The position numbers were made by a program, and so were the translations under genes. 64,000 nt of DNA, taken from positions 62,001 to 126,000 of the IMG/VR virus record IMGVR_UViG_3300042514_000542. One strand, 5' to 3'. The notes beneath the pieces were generated by a model. That model was not told the origin of the DNA. It made no database searches and worked only from the letters and a program-made list of their open reading frames with translations. How positions within the stretch are numbered: the first letter of the stretch is position 1; every line of letters starts with the position of its first letter. Of this stretch, positions 47,573-58,098 are shown piece by piece.

Positions 47573-48646
47573 TTAAGCCTTTATCGTGCAACCAAGTGTA
47601 GAGATGTTCGCCTTACCATTGGATATAAGAACTTGTTCTACAGAGAAAAGATCCTTATCCTCACCGACACTTACGATGTTGAAACCTTGTTGCCAATTCA
47701 TTCCCGAACCGTATGCAGCGTCCAATGAACATAAACAACCACCTTCGAATCCATAATACTGTTTCTCTGGACGACCACCAATAGATGGAACTCTTTGGCA
47801 TGATGATCCAATTCTATGAGTGTGACCATGTAGAATGGATGTGTGCCACTTATCAAGTTCACCCCTAGCAGACGCACCCCCATTTTTTCGAACCGTTTCA
47901 CCATGAGTTACAATAAGACCATTAAGATCTACGTAATCGACATGTTCGACCTTATCCTTAAATTCTCCCATGAATACATTTTCATATGAGAGAATATCAG
48001 TAATGTTTGATAAACTTCCAAGCTCTCCAAGTCTATCTGACAGATATCGTCTCCATCTACCACTAACAGATTGTCCCGAATGGTTACTAACCGTTTCGTA
48101 AATCTTAGCACCACCAGAAACACCAATCAACTCATGTAGGAAAGCATGATATGCTTCTCTCTCTGATTGAAGCGACCAACTATTCTTAAGATCTTTTGGA
48201 TATTTTGAAATAGCCAAGAAGTCCATTGTGTCGCCATTTAGAATGATGGTCTTTGGCTTTAATTGAAATATTGTTTCAAGAAAAATATCAATCGCCTTCT
48301 TATCCTCACAACCGAAGTGGAAATCGGAACCAACAACGGCATAATCATTAAGCGTTATTTTTGACGAGTTTTCGTATTTGGGTTCAATCTTAATCGGTGC
48401 TAATTGTGATAGGAACTCAAGAACCTCATCTTCATTCCTTTGAAACCTTTTAGGTTTATCTCTTTGGAGATTATCATTGATATACGGGACGACATCAGGA
48501 ACTCCTGTTCCGTCAACCCCAAAATCTTCGATATATGCTCTATACCAATCTGCTGCTGTTGACTTGGCAACACCAAACTCTTCTTTAATTTGGCTATACG
48601 TATAACCGTTTTGCCTCGCTGAAATTACCTGTTGTTTTACATTCAT
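47573..48646 (-). CDS. metallophosphoesterase with N-terminal HTH
   Basis: YTYSQIKEEFGVAKSTAADW helix-turn-helix; SDFH, NGD..DF, THG, GHTHR. Confidence 0.8.
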   Translation of the reverse strand: MNVKQQVISARQNGYTYSQIKEEFGVAKSTAADWYRAYIEDFGVDGTGVPDVVPYINDNLQRDKPKRFQRNEDEVLEFLSQLAPIKIEPKYENSSKITLNDYAVVGSDFHFGCEDKKAIDIFLETIFQLKPKTIILNGDTMDFLAISKYPKDLKNSWSLQSEREAYHAFLHELIGVSGGAKIYETVSNHSGQSVSGRWRRYLSDRLGELGSLSNITDILSYENVFMGEFKDKVEHVDYVDLNGLIVTHGETVRKNGGASARGELDKWHTSILHGHTHRIGSSCQRVPSIGGRPEKQYYGFEGGCLCSLDAAYGSGMNWQQGFNIVSVGEDKDLFSVEQVLISNGKANISTLGCTIKA

Positions 48647-48881
48647 ATTTTATTTTTATTTTACATTCTATCATAGGTATCTTTCAATTCATTGAAAAAT
48701 GCCATAATCTCTGCTTGAGATGGTTTAGTATCCATATCGGTGAGTTCATCCTTCGCGTCCTCATATGTATCATGACTACTACGTATTGTCAAGCGACCAG
48801 AATGAACATCTTTCATCAAAATAACGAAAGTTCCATCCTTCTGTGGTTGAATTTTATATTTAACGTGTTCCTTCACTTCTA

Positions 48882-49856
48882 TTATTTATTCTTTCCGGCG
48901 TAAAACTGAACCGTTGAGGTTAATGCATCGATATGATCGAATAGGTCGAATTGTCTATAATAATATCTTGACTCCAAGGCATATCTGAAATCGTGACCCT
49001 TTCGATCTTCTACAAATTTAATCTTTGGTTCGATCATTAAAATTTTACCGATATCCTCAATCATTTTTAAATTTGTCATTTCAACACCAGATCCAATATT
49101 ATAAACTTTCCCAGATTCTCCAATTTCAGCAATTTCTAAAATACTCTTATTATGATCATCAACATATATCCACTCTCTTATATTCTCACCTGTTCCATAT
49201 ACAGGAACACTCTTACCAGATAAAATATTTCTAATGATTGTCGGTATTAGTTTTTCATCATGTTGATGTGAGCCAAAGTTATTACAGCAACGGGTCGTTA
49301 CAATATCTAATCCGAAAGTTTCAGCATATGAATTAGCAACTAAATCTGCCGATGCTTTAGATGCTGAATATGGACTTCTTGGATTTAGATTTGAATCTTC
49401 CGTAAATGGTTTTTGATGTGCTTTTAAATGACCATAGACTTCATCGGTGGAAATATTAATCACTCTAGCTTGTGGTTGTTTCAACCTAACCATCTCAAGT
49501 AACTTTGTGATACCCATAACATTGTTATAGATGAATGCCTGTGGTCCACTAATACTTCTATCAACATGAGATTCTGCTGCAAAGTGAAATATGTAGTCAA
49601 ACTTCGTCTTGTTTATGTGACCATTCCAGAAGAAATCACTATCTGGATCTAGATTACATAAATCGAAGGGGATTTCCTCATACTTGTTTTCGTTTTGGAA
49701 AAAGTGGGTTGACATTTTTCTATGACCAACACCCCATTTATCTACATTTACTATAAACATTTTTTTATAGTTTTTATCAATGTATTCTATAAAGTTACTT
49801 CCTATGAAGCCGCAACATCCAGTTAAAAGGATATTTTTATTGTTTAAATCTACCAT
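48882..49856 (-). CDS. rfbB: dTDP-glucose 4,6-dehydratase
   Basis: TGCCGFIGSN, HFAAESHVDRSI, ISTDEVYG, PYSASKA, GHDFRY. Confidence 0.9.
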   Translation of the reverse strand: MVDLNNKNILLTGCCGFIGSNFIEYIDKNYKKMFIVNVDKWGVGHRKMSTHFFQNENKYEEIPFDLCNLDPDSDFFWNGHINKTKFDYIFHFAAESHVDRSISGPQAFIYNNVMGITKLLEMVRLKQPQARVINISTDEVYGHLKAHQKPFTEDSNLNPRSPYSASKASADLVANSYAETFGLDIVTTRCCNNFGSHQHDEKLIPTIIRNILSGKSVPVYGTGENIREWIYVDDHNKSILEIAEIGESGKVYNIGSGVEMTNLKMIEDIGKILMIEPKIKFVEDRKGHDFRYALESRYYYRQFDLFDHIDALTSTVQFYAGKNK

Positions 49857-50101
49857 ATTTTTTATTTAATTAAATCCCAATATAAACTAAACGTTGCATA
49901 GTTCGATTCAAATACCCATGGCGAATCAGGATCTTTTAATCTTATAAAGTCCTTTTTCAAATCGCAACATTCTAAAATTCCAATTGATCCGTCATAAATA
50001 AGTTTATATCTTCCACCACAAATGATCGGAAATTCATCTTCAAGTGTTATCATTCCTATGTTTTATCATTGATTATCCCGTTGTCAAGGGTAAATATCCT
50101 T

Positions 50102-50572
50102 ATGGACGAAGAGGAAGACCTTGACCGTGATGTTGATTCTATCATAGCTCAAATTAAAAATCAAGGAAAAACAATCAAAAATGTTGAAAAAGAAAGACCC
50201 GAACTGAATAAGGAGGATCTTGAAAAATTCATCATTGATAATGCTGCGTCTGTTGTTGCGGATTCCATAGAGATGATTCAAAGCCTCAAAATAGACGTTA
50301 TGGCTGGGAAAGACTCTAGGATAGTGGAATCTACCGCAGAACTCGTTAAAGCCGTCACAGGTGCTATTGACGCTCTTTCTAAGCTTAAGCTGTCTGATGA
50401 CAAGATCAAGGCACAAAAAGATATTAAGAAAATGGATATTGATGCTAAGGGTGATCAATTAGCACTAGGTAATCAAGCTGGTGTCTTTTTGAGTAGAGAA
50501 GAAATAATTAAAAATCTTTTCAATAGAGTTGAAGAACCTAAGACTACTGAACCGCCCGCAATTGACGTTTAG
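50102..50572 (+). CDS. hypothetical late protein
   Basis: TAAATATCCTT-ATG start; coiled-coil acidic ORF. Confidence 0.6.
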   Translation: MDEEEDLDRDVDSIIAQIKNQGKTIKNVEKERPELNKEDLEKFIIDNAASVVADSIEMIQSLKIDVMAGKDSRIVESTAELVKAVTGAIDALSKLKLSDDKIKAQKDIKKMDIDAKGDQLALGNQAGVFLSREEIIKNLFNRVEEPKTTEPPAIDV

Positions 50573-51489
50573 TTGCCCAATTGTCCAGAATTTGTGTGAA
50601 GCAAATACTCTTTATCCCTTTCGATACCGGAAATCTTAATTTTCGATGATCTTATTTCATCTGAATCGAACTCATCACCCATAAGATCTAGAACCACTTC
50701 TCTCTCCTTATCACCATCCTTAAATACTTTCTTGATTTGTGAATTAGTGGATTTTGAAGTATTTTTCTCAGAATCGAATGGATTAAATTTTTTCTTATCC
50801 CCATACATGCGGAAATCCTCTTCACCTAGATAATCCTCAACCTTTTTGAAAATATCCTCCGATACATCATTAACGGTAAGATAAAAATAGGAATCTTTTA
50901 TCATATAATTCCCAACAGGTTTTATAACCCATTTACCCAACTTCTCTTCTGCGTATCTTGTCTGATTAGCCTTATCGACAATTGGTAGTGTATTATCAGT
51001 TTCAGATGAACTCTTGAGACTACTCCTAAACACATTCTCAGTCTGCTTAATAGAATTGGTAATTGTGGTCTGAATAAATGGTGGTAATTTATTATATGTG
51101 TCTACTGCACATCCAAGCATATAACTACCATCCTCATGGATTGTGTTGTTTTGATGGGAAACTATCCTATTACCAAGCATCCCCATTATATCGGGACTAT
51201 TTACAAAATATTTTTTATCCTTGGAGAATTCACGAACATATGAACCAAGAGGACCATTTAATAAAACTTCGATATAATACATTATCGAGTAAGTGTCTAA
51301 GTCCTTACCCTCTTCGTCAAGCTTATCTATAAACTTCTTAAGTTGTGATAATCCAAGCTCATAGATCTTTTTGAACTCTACCATGAATTCAATATCCTTC
51401 TCGGTAAAAGAATCACCAAGATTTGTAATTGTTTCCAAATCTTCTTTAGTGAAGCACAATGCTCGAAGCGTTTCAACACGATTATTCAT
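50569..51489 (-). CDS. hypothetical protein of the tail/baseplate operon
   Basis: 306 aa ORF translationally coupled to the baseplate hub gene. Confidence 0.6.
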   Translation of the reverse strand: MNNRVETLRALCFTKEDLETITNLGDSFTEKDIEFMVEFKKIYELGLSQLKKFIDKLDEEGKDLDTYSIMYYIEVLLNGPLGSYVREFSKDKKYFVNSPDIMGMLGNRIVSHQNNTIHEDGSYMLGCAVDTYNKLPPFIQTTITNSIKQTENVFRSSLKSSSETDNTLPIVDKANQTRYAEEKLGKWVIKPVGNYMIKDSYFYLTVNDVSEDIFKKVEDYLGEEDFRMYGDKKKFNPFDSEKNTSKSTNSQIKKVFKDGDKEREVVLDLMGDEFDSDEIRSSKIKISGIERDKEYLLHTNSGQLGN

Positions 51490-52823
51490 TACTCTACATC
51501 CTCCTTAATATCTGATTTAGGTCCAATATACGTTTTTGTTGCAAATATCTGGTTGGTATATAGATCAGCGAAGAATATATGTCTAACCTCCGTGGCATAC
51601 CATCTACCTAAAAGCTTTTCATCACTTTTTAAAGCATCCTTAGAGTTCTTCAGTTTCTTGGCCGAAAATATATCTAAAAATTTACCAGAACTTCTTGAGG
51701 TGTTTCCGACATTTGTGAATGTTAGTTGAAGATTATAAAATGTAAGAGCGTTGTGAACTTCAGCTTCCACAATTTTAATTCCATGATCTACCGAATATGG
51801 GAACTTGTATCTCTTAAATCTTTCATCGGTTGAATTATTCTTAATAGCAAAAGGTTTAACCTTACCAGAATTTGCCTTAAAAATATCTACAAACTTTTTC
51901 GCCCATTTTTTCTTAATTTCTTCAAAATCCAATTTCTTAATTTTTTGCTGACCTAGTGTATGATCATATCCAATAACTAGGGAATTGATGAAGTAATCGG
52001 ATGTCCATGAATACATAGGTGTTGAATATCCAAGACTTCTCAACCCACCGATGTATTCACCAACTTCTGGCCCAGATGGTGGGTTATTAGGATTATCGAA
52101 ACCGATATCTGTTACAAGATCACCAAGAGCAAATGCTTCCATTTCATAATCCTTATTATCCTTATATATTTTAGATAGTAGATCCAACCTATATTTCTTA
52201 GTGGTATCATCATAACTAATGAAGCCCTTCACATAAATCTCATCATCTTTGGCGTAAAATAGTCTCAGGAAATATCTCATCAAATCCATATATCGAAATG
52301 TTGCTGGTGGATAGTAAGTTAATTCAAAGTCACCAGATTCCCAATTTTCTTCATCGACCATATCTTCCCCAAGAACTTCCTTAAATATTTCTTTTAGAAT
52401 ATCACCAATTTTACCACTATATATTTTCCCATATGGAACCATGTCGGTGAATGCTATAGCTTCCTTAGCTACCAATGTTAATGTTTTAAAATTTTCTGCG
52501 CGGGTCATTGGATTAACGGTATCTGAATCATCTAAAACGACAAATGTGTGTTCAAATCCGATATCATTTTTAAATTTCGGGTCAACTGGTTTGAATTTTA
52601 TTAAAAATTCATCCCTACCATCACCCCTTAAAAAATATTCACGCTCCATGAAATCAAATGGATTGGCTATGGATATAGTCCCTTCCATAAAGGGTTCGAA
52701 TACATTATCAATTAATGTCATACCACGGACAGCAGACTTCGTAAATGAAACTTCTTGGTTATCTGGGTTAGATAACTTGAATTCACATTCATAGTCAATG
52801 TCATTAATTTTAAATGTTTCCAT
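51489..52823 (-). CDS. baseplate hub protein (gp27-like)
   Basis: Size, position and pattern: IDNVFEPFMEGTISI, YSG.I.DILKEI, GRWYA..VRH.F. Confidence 0.6.
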   Translation of the reverse strand: METFKINDIDYECEFKLSNPDNQEVSFTKSAVRGMTLIDNVFEPFMEGTISIANPFDFMEREYFLRGDGRDEFLIKFKPVDPKFKNDIGFEHTFVVLDDSDTVNPMTRAENFKTLTLVAKEAIAFTDMVPYGKIYSGKIGDILKEIFKEVLGEDMVDEENWESGDFELTYYPPATFRYMDLMRYFLRLFYAKDDEIYVKGFISYDDTTKKYRLDLLSKIYKDNKDYEMEAFALGDLVTDIGFDNPNNPPSGPEVGEYIGGLRSLGYSTPMYSWTSDYFINSLVIGYDHTLGQQKIKKLDFEEIKKKWAKKFVDIFKANSGKVKPFAIKNNSTDERFKRYKFPYSVDHGIKIVEAEVHNALTFYNLQLTFTNVGNTSRSSGKFLDIFSAKKLKNSKDALKSDEKLLGRWYATEVRHIFFADLYTNQIFATKTYIGPKSDIKEDVE

Positions 52824-53224
52824 TAGTAATGTCTTCCACCAAATATAGTTGAATCTGTAATATCCTGATAAATTGCAACTCTTACCGCATCTGAAATATA
52901 TTTAATCTGAACACCACCATCAACATAAAATGGTGCGCCTGTAAATTTATCCTTATTAAGTAAGTATAATATCCACCAACTATCAATATCTCCGTAAATA
53001 TTATACGAAAGTATTGTCATTGCCATACGACTTGGTGGTGTGTAAAACTCGATGTATTGACTATCGATTTCTGGGAAGTCAACCTTGTTCAGAATGTTAT
53101 AGGTGTAAAATTCCTTATCATCGGTTGACTGTTTAAAGACTTTGAAAATACGTTCATAATCTCTTATATCCAATGCCGATAGAGATGCTACTTCATTTTG
53201 ATAATTACCAATATCTATACTCAT
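52823..53224 (-). CDS. baseplate wedge protein (gp53-like)
   Basis: LSYNIYGD..WWILYLLN LysM-like motif. Confidence 0.65.
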   Translation of the reverse strand: MSIDIGNYQNEVASLSALDIRDYERIFKVFKQSTDDKEFYTYNILNKVDFPEIDSQYIEFYTPPSRMAMTILSYNIYGDIDSWWILYLLNKDKFTGAPFYVDGGVQIKYISDAVRVAIYQDITDSTIFGGRHY

Positions 53225-53225
53225 A

Positions 53226-54113
53226 TTATACTTCTTTCATGAAACCTGCGTGTTCCAACGTAAGTGACTGGAATGACATTGTTATTTGATATGCTTCTGG
53301 GACGATAACACCATTAATTTCTCTTCTGGTTCCTAATAAATTAACTGAAAACTGATTACAGTAAGCCCAACGTATGAAACGATGACCGGGAACCTTAACT
53401 TTATAAATTCTAGGTGGATCAACGGCAATACTATTCTTCCTCAATGGCCTATTGATTTCTGTTAGTTTATGTATGAGTGTTTTATTTTTTTCGATGCTGT
53501 CGGGATTTATGGTATTCGATAATACAAATGATACTTCTAATGGTCCATCATTCTTTTCAAACTGATAGAACATTGGAGATTCGATATATGTTCCGGGGTT
53601 TCCACCAGATCCCATTGTTTTAGCGGCAGACATAATATCCGACCCTGCCGCTTTCATATTACCCTTGAGAGCATTCCCAGCGGCACTCGCAACACTTCCG
53701 GCAGCAGATTTAAGAGATGCACCATCACTTAAATTCATAGCTTGTCCAATACCACCAGCAAGCCCTTTAGCCCCCTCAAATATATCCCCACCGATACCAC
53801 CAGAACCACCTATACCATTTTGGAACGTATCACCAAAGGTGTTACCGAATGATCTTACATTATCACCAAAGAATGGGAAGTTGAAATCGTCTTCCGCTTC
53901 TGTAGCCTCACCATACATCTTATCATAAAATGCTTTAGCATCACCACTCCCACCCTCTGTTGCAATTGCAACAAAGCCCTGAATGGCTTGCATGATCTGA
54001 TTAGATTTCAACCTATATGACTTCACCCAAACTCTGGGTGCTTTTTTACGCATACCAGAACCTCTTGGAGAACTTGTCCAATCATATTCCTTAACCACAT
54101 CATACTTCGACAT
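53226..54113 (-). CDS. baseplate tail-tube cap (gp48-like)
   Basis: Position; Gly-rich centre; PRIYKV..CNQFSVN..PEAYQITMSFQSL. Confidence 0.5.
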   Translation of the reverse strand: MSKYDVVKEYDWTSSPRGSGMRKKAPRVWVKSYRLKSNQIMQAIQGFVAIATEGGSGDAKAFYDKMYGEATEAEDDFNFPFFGDNVRSFGNTFGDTFQNGIGGSGGIGGDIFEGAKGLAGGIGQAMNLSDGASLKSAAGSVASAAGNALKGNMKAAGSDIMSAAKTMGSGGNPGTYIESPMFYQFEKNDGPLEVSFVLSNTINPDSIEKNKTLIHKLTEINRPLRKNSIAVDPPRIYKVKVPGHRFIRWAYCNQFSVNLLGTRREINGVIVPEAYQITMSFQSLTLEHAGFMKEV

Positions 54114-54121
54114 ATTATTAT

Positions 54122-56032
54122 TTAAGCGATGGCATATGGGCTAGATGTAAACCTAGACCTATTGTTTGAAATTGTCTCCATTTGCTTAGGTGATTGTTGT
54201 GGTTGTTGAACAACCGTAACATTACTACCACCAGAACCAGTTCCAGATATTCTCTTGAGTTCATTCAAACTATTAGCACCAATATTAACCATAGATGTTA
54301 ATAATTTGGTTTGTTGCATAGCCTGAGTGTGTAACAATAGTAAGGCTTTAACTTCGGTGTTTGAACCCCTTATAAGCATAGAAAAATTCTCATTATTACT
54401 ACCTGTAAAGTTTTCTTTTGATGTTTGGGTTTTAGACTCTTGGATTTTCTTCTCATCCTCCGAGGTGAATAGATTTGCGATCCACCCACCAATCTTATCG
54501 GCTATACCTCTTAGAACCTTCATAGCACTATCAGCAATGCCAGAAATTGTATCAACGATTCCGGGTATCCACTTGTTTATCATCTCTTTGGTTTTATCTG
54601 CCATTACATTCAAACTATCAGCAAACCATGCACCAGCTTCCTTAGCCTTATCCCAAGCCTTACTAGAAAAATCTTTAACGGTATTCCACACCTTGGGTGC
54701 TTCTTCAGAAACTTTATTCCATGTATCTTTGGCGAAATCTGATGTCTTTTTCCACGCATCTTTTGTAAAGTCTCCAATAACACTAACGGCATCACCCATT
54801 GGTCCTTTAATGTTATCCCAAACACCCTTAACATAGTTTACAACACCCTTAGAAGCATCCTTAGATCCTCCTTCAGCTATCTTACCACTATTATCTGTCT
54901 CATCGTCTAATATACCAAACCATCTCAATGGTGCAGCTAACCAATCAGGTAAATCCTTAAGTTTTTTCTTAATCCATTCTTTTAAGCGACCCATCCAAGA
55001 ATTATCCGCTTTAAAGGTTCCTTCTTTTTCTTTTGGGGAATTCAACCATCCAGATAAGACTTCAAAACCTTTAATTATCATACCACCCGTAGGAACCATA
55101 GTTAATAAACCAAGACCTATTTGTTTCAGTCCTTCACCAACATTACCACCCTTAAATGCATCATAAGCCATACCGAAACGTTTAAATGTTCCGATAAGTG
55201 GAAGATATAATGCATTATCGATTATGGTTTGCCCGATAGTTGCCATCCACCCTTTAATGGTCTTCCAACCATTTTCAGGACTTAATGCACCGCCTTTGTC
55301 GAACACACCCTTACTTTGGGTAAATGCTATCAATAAATCAGCACCTATAGATAGAAATGGTCCAATACCGGGAATGAAATTAAGGAATGCTGATATAAGT
55401 TCGGCAACACCTAAGAATATATCACCATTCTTAAATGCCTTGATAGCAAATGCAAATCCAATTATACCACCAATGAATGGTAATTTCTTTAATAGCTTTA
55501 GAGAAAACTTCTTGAGAATTGTTTTTGATAGCATTTTCAATGCCCCCATCATTCCCAATTTACCGATTGCCGCTACAACCTTACCACCAGCATCACCAAA
55601 AAATCCAGATATGGATGCTATAATACCACCAACGGATGCTGCTAATAATGCTAGACCACCTAAAATCATAGACATTAAACCACCACCTTTTGTTTCTTCT
55701 GATTGTGGTGATGGTGAGGGTGTCACAGCTTTTCTTTGTGACTTTGCTATCGAACTAGATAATGTTTTCTCTGCCTTATCTTTGGTTTGTTTCTTCTGAT
55801 ATTCAAAGAATAGTGTGTTGAAAAGTGTGAATGTCTCCGTTAGTCTTTTCTTCTCCACACCAGATAGTGTGGACTTACTTTTTGATTTCTCACCTTCATC
55901 TAAGGGAGAATCCTCGGATTTAATGATATTTTTATTAATTAAAGAGTTACCTTTAGGTACACCTCTCTCTTCAGAAAGTTGGTCTAATAAGCCCAACATC
56001 TTACTCAAGAGATTTACAATATCGTCATTCAC
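54122..56032 (-). CDS. tape-measure / gp29-like baseplate protein
   Basis: Long Gly/Ala-rich amphipathic helical repeats (KLPFIGGIIG, IPGIGP, W-periodic repeats). Confidence 0.6.
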   Translation of the reverse strand: MNDDIVNLLSKMLGLLDQLSEERGVPKGNSLINKNIIKSEDSPLDEGEKSKSKSTLSGVEKKRLTETFTLFNTLFFEYQKKQTKDKAEKTLSSSIAKSQRKAVTPSPSPQSEETKGGGLMSMILGGLALLAASVGGIIASISGFFGDAGGKVVAAIGKLGMMGALKMLSKTILKKFSLKLLKKLPFIGGIIGFAFAIKAFKNGDIFLGVAELISAFLNFIPGIGPFLSIGADLLIAFTQSKGVFDKGGALSPENGWKTIKGWMATIGQTIIDNALYLPLIGTFKRFGMAYDAFKGGNVGEGLKQIGLGLLTMVPTGGMIIKGFEVLSGWLNSPKEKEGTFKADNSWMGRLKEWIKKKLKDLPDWLAAPLRWFGILDDETDNSGKIAEGGSKDASKGVVNYVKGVWDNIKGPMGDAVSVIGDFTKDAWKKTSDFAKDTWNKVSEEAPKVWNTVKDFSSKAWDKAKEAGAWFADSLNVMADKTKEMINKWIPGIVDTISGIADSAMKVLRGIADKIGGWIANLFTSEDEKKIQESKTQTSKENFTGSNNENFSMLIRGSNTEVKALLLLHTQAMQQTKLLTSMVNIGANSLNELKRISGTGSGGSNVTVVQQPQQSPKQMETISNNRSRFTSSPYAIA

Positions 56033-56045
56033 ATATAGTATTTAA

Positions 56046-56768
56046 TCATGAATCGAAAAACGAGACATCAACATCCAACACTTTATTTGTATTATATGTT
56101 AGAACTTCAATTTCCTTAGTTTTCAACTCTTGAATATATGCAATAATCTCTTTATTGATAGTTAGAGGGAGATTCTCAACGATTTTGAATCTATCCTTAA
56201 TTGGAAGATTTGATACCTCTAAAGTATCCTCACCAACAGTAAGTTTGTCCACATATTTCACAATTTCATATGTATAAATATTACCGATATTTTTACCAAA
56301 CTCAGAATCATCCTTTTTAACTGAATCCATTGCCGATTGAATCACCTTGGATTCTGCTGCAAGTGTTGGAACTTTCAACTCTACCTGAACCGAACCCTTA
56401 ACAGTTTTTGTGGTTTTTGGTGTATTCTTTTTCGCTGTTTCAATTATTGGTAGTAGATCAATCTCTACTTCATCTTTAGTTATTTTACTACCAATAACAT
56501 CTGATCTTAGCTTTAAAACGATGGATAGTTTATCTGTAACCAGAATATCAGATTTTCCCGTATTCTCAATAATCACATCATTTAGAACTTTCTGAAATTT
56601 TAATGCGGCGATAACACCATCACCAATTGTGCTAATTAAATCCTTTTGTTGTTTGAAGGATAAATTTGAACACTCTATGTCTTTTTTCAGAGAGTTTACA
56701 TAAACCTTGGTTTTTTGATCCTTAATCTCTTGGATCTTTTCTAAAAATGATTTTACATTATCTTCCAT
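56046..56768 (-). CDS. baseplate hub assembly protein (gp26-like)
   Basis: SFKQQKDLI motif and position in the baseplate module. Confidence 0.5.
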   Translation of the reverse strand: MEDNVKSFLEKIQEIKDQKTKVYVNSLKKDIECSNLSFKQQKDLISTIGDGVIAALKFQKVLNDVIIENTGKSDILVTDKLSIVLKLRSDVIGSKITKDEVEIDLLPIIETAKKNTPKTTKTVKGSVQVELKVPTLAAESKVIQSAMDSVKKDDSEFGKNIGNIYTYEIVKYVDKLTVGEDTLEVSNLPIKDRFKIVENLPLTINKEIIAYIQELKTKEIEVLTYNTNKVLDVDVSFFDS

Positions 56769-56789
56769 AAAGTTATTTACATCGACAGT

Positions 56790-57524
56790 TTAAATATTCA
56801 AGTTTTGATTCTGATTATCCATCTCTTCCGAATATTTCTCAATATAATATTGAATTTCCATAGGTGTACTTTGGAGTAGAATGTTTCCATCAATTCTTTT
56901 GGATAATAGGAATATCACATCTTTGAAATAGTATTCATCAAAATTTCCAAACAGTCCTCTTAGGAAAAAGTATATATCATTTGATAAAAAGTTTAATCTA
57001 AAGTCTTTCAGAGATGGGTTATCTACAGAAAATATCTTAGATTTCTCAGAAATGATTTTATTATAAATTTTGTTATAAATTACAGGTGGTAGATTATCAA
57101 TAATATCATGTTTCTCCTGTATTGATAGATTTATTAGATTTATAGATATACCAGAAATGTTTATATATTTTATAATATTATATACTGGAATGAAGTCATC
57201 TCTCTGAAATAGGTTTGGTAAACCTATAATAATTTTCAAATCATTCTCTTCTATTACTATATCTTCTGATATATCAAAAAGCTGTGATATGATATATGAG
57301 AGTTGAATTTTGATGGGTTTATTATTAAAATTGAAATTAATAGTAGAGGATACATCCATATCCCAACACTTCAGCAGATTTTCAAATTTCTGAAAAGTAT
57401 TCGACCCCTCGAAAGAATTGATATACTTTATGAATTGATCGTCGTACCCCTTAGCTAATATTTCAGATATATCTTTTAGATCCGAAAAAGTTATTTTACA
57501 ATTGTTCATAATTTTCACAACCAA
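56790..57524 (-). CDS. baseplate-associated hypothetical protein
   Basis: Position in the late module. Confidence 0.45.
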   Translation of the reverse strand: MVVKIMNNCKITFSDLKDISEILAKGYDDQFIKYINSFEGSNTFQKFENLLKCWDMDVSSTINFNFNNKPIKIQLSYIISQLFDISEDIVIEENDLKIIIGLPNLFQRDDFIPVYNIIKYINISGISINLINLSIQEKHDIIDNLPPVIYNKIYNKIISEKSKIFSVDNPSLKDFRLNFLSNDIYFFLRGLFGNFDEYYFKDVIFLLSKRIDGNILLQSTPMEIQYYIEKYSEEMDNQNQNLNI

Positions 57525-58098
57525 ATGTAACAGATCTTATCTTAAATTCGGTATCTGCATAATCCAAGGTGTATCCTTCAACCGCTGTTGGAAACACCTT
57601 TTTAAACTTAAATCCCTTGATGAATTGACCACCGTTGGTATATTGTTTGACCACCATAGTCCCTTTTAGAGATGTTCCCTCTTCAATCAACCCTTTAATA
57701 CCCAATGCAATCATCCATGGTCTGAAATAATTATGATCAATATCTAATTGGGTTTCCAAGAAATTAACAGAAAAGCCCCTATCTAGAAAGTTTGATCTGG
57801 CATTCAGACCATAACCGGGAAGAAACCCACCCATAGTAGATCCAGACTCCATCGCCACAAATCCCGATGATTCATCAGGTAGTGCTACGGATTGTGCTAC
57901 CAATATATTACCACTCTTAGTCATGGCATTTGGTGAAGTTTTAGCTTGCCATTTTTCACCAGCCTCACTTAGAACGCTATTAATAGATCCCTCGGATACA
58001 CCATCTATGCTTACTGACCATATTACTGGTAGATGTAGGAAAAATCTTTGATCACCCGAAAATGCTCCAAGGAATTCGTTAATACTGTTACTCACAAT
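57496..58098 (-). CDS. tail-tube-fold protein (gp54/gp19-like)
   Basis: AQSVALP, FLET..YFRPWM, FKKVFPTAV; likely GTG start after TAAATAATATT. Confidence 0.6.
   Translation of the reverse strand: MVSNSINEFLGAFSGDQRFFLHLPVIWSVSIDGVSEGSINSVLSEAGEKWQAKTSPNAMTKSGNILVAQSVALPDESSGFVAMESGSTMGGFLPGYGLNARSNFLDRGFSVNFLETQLDIDHNYFRPWMIALGIKGLIEEGTSLKGTMVVKQYTNGGQFIKGFKFKKVFPTAVEGYTLDYADTEFKIRSVTFGCENYEQL

Larger units (their letters stand above)
69..47575 (-). promoter_or_regulatory. Dispersed 21-bp promoter/cassette repeat TAATTAAAACCGAAnTAyAAT, 35 copies, all on the minus strand
   Basis: Left ends on + coordinates: 69, 329 (one T short), 922, 1626, 2052, 3092, 3326, 3873, 4193, 4885, 6575, 9757, 10606, 13042, 13369, 15411, 16582, 17549, 18693, 18933, 21353, 21464, 22378, 23042, 26241, 28267, 29802, 32124, 32861, 35426, 36866, 39882, 41843, 45867, 47555. 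Each ends in a TATAAT/TACAAT-like -10 hexamer. 26 copies lie exactly 6 nt before an ATG and 29 lie within 5-7 nt. Confidence 0.9.
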
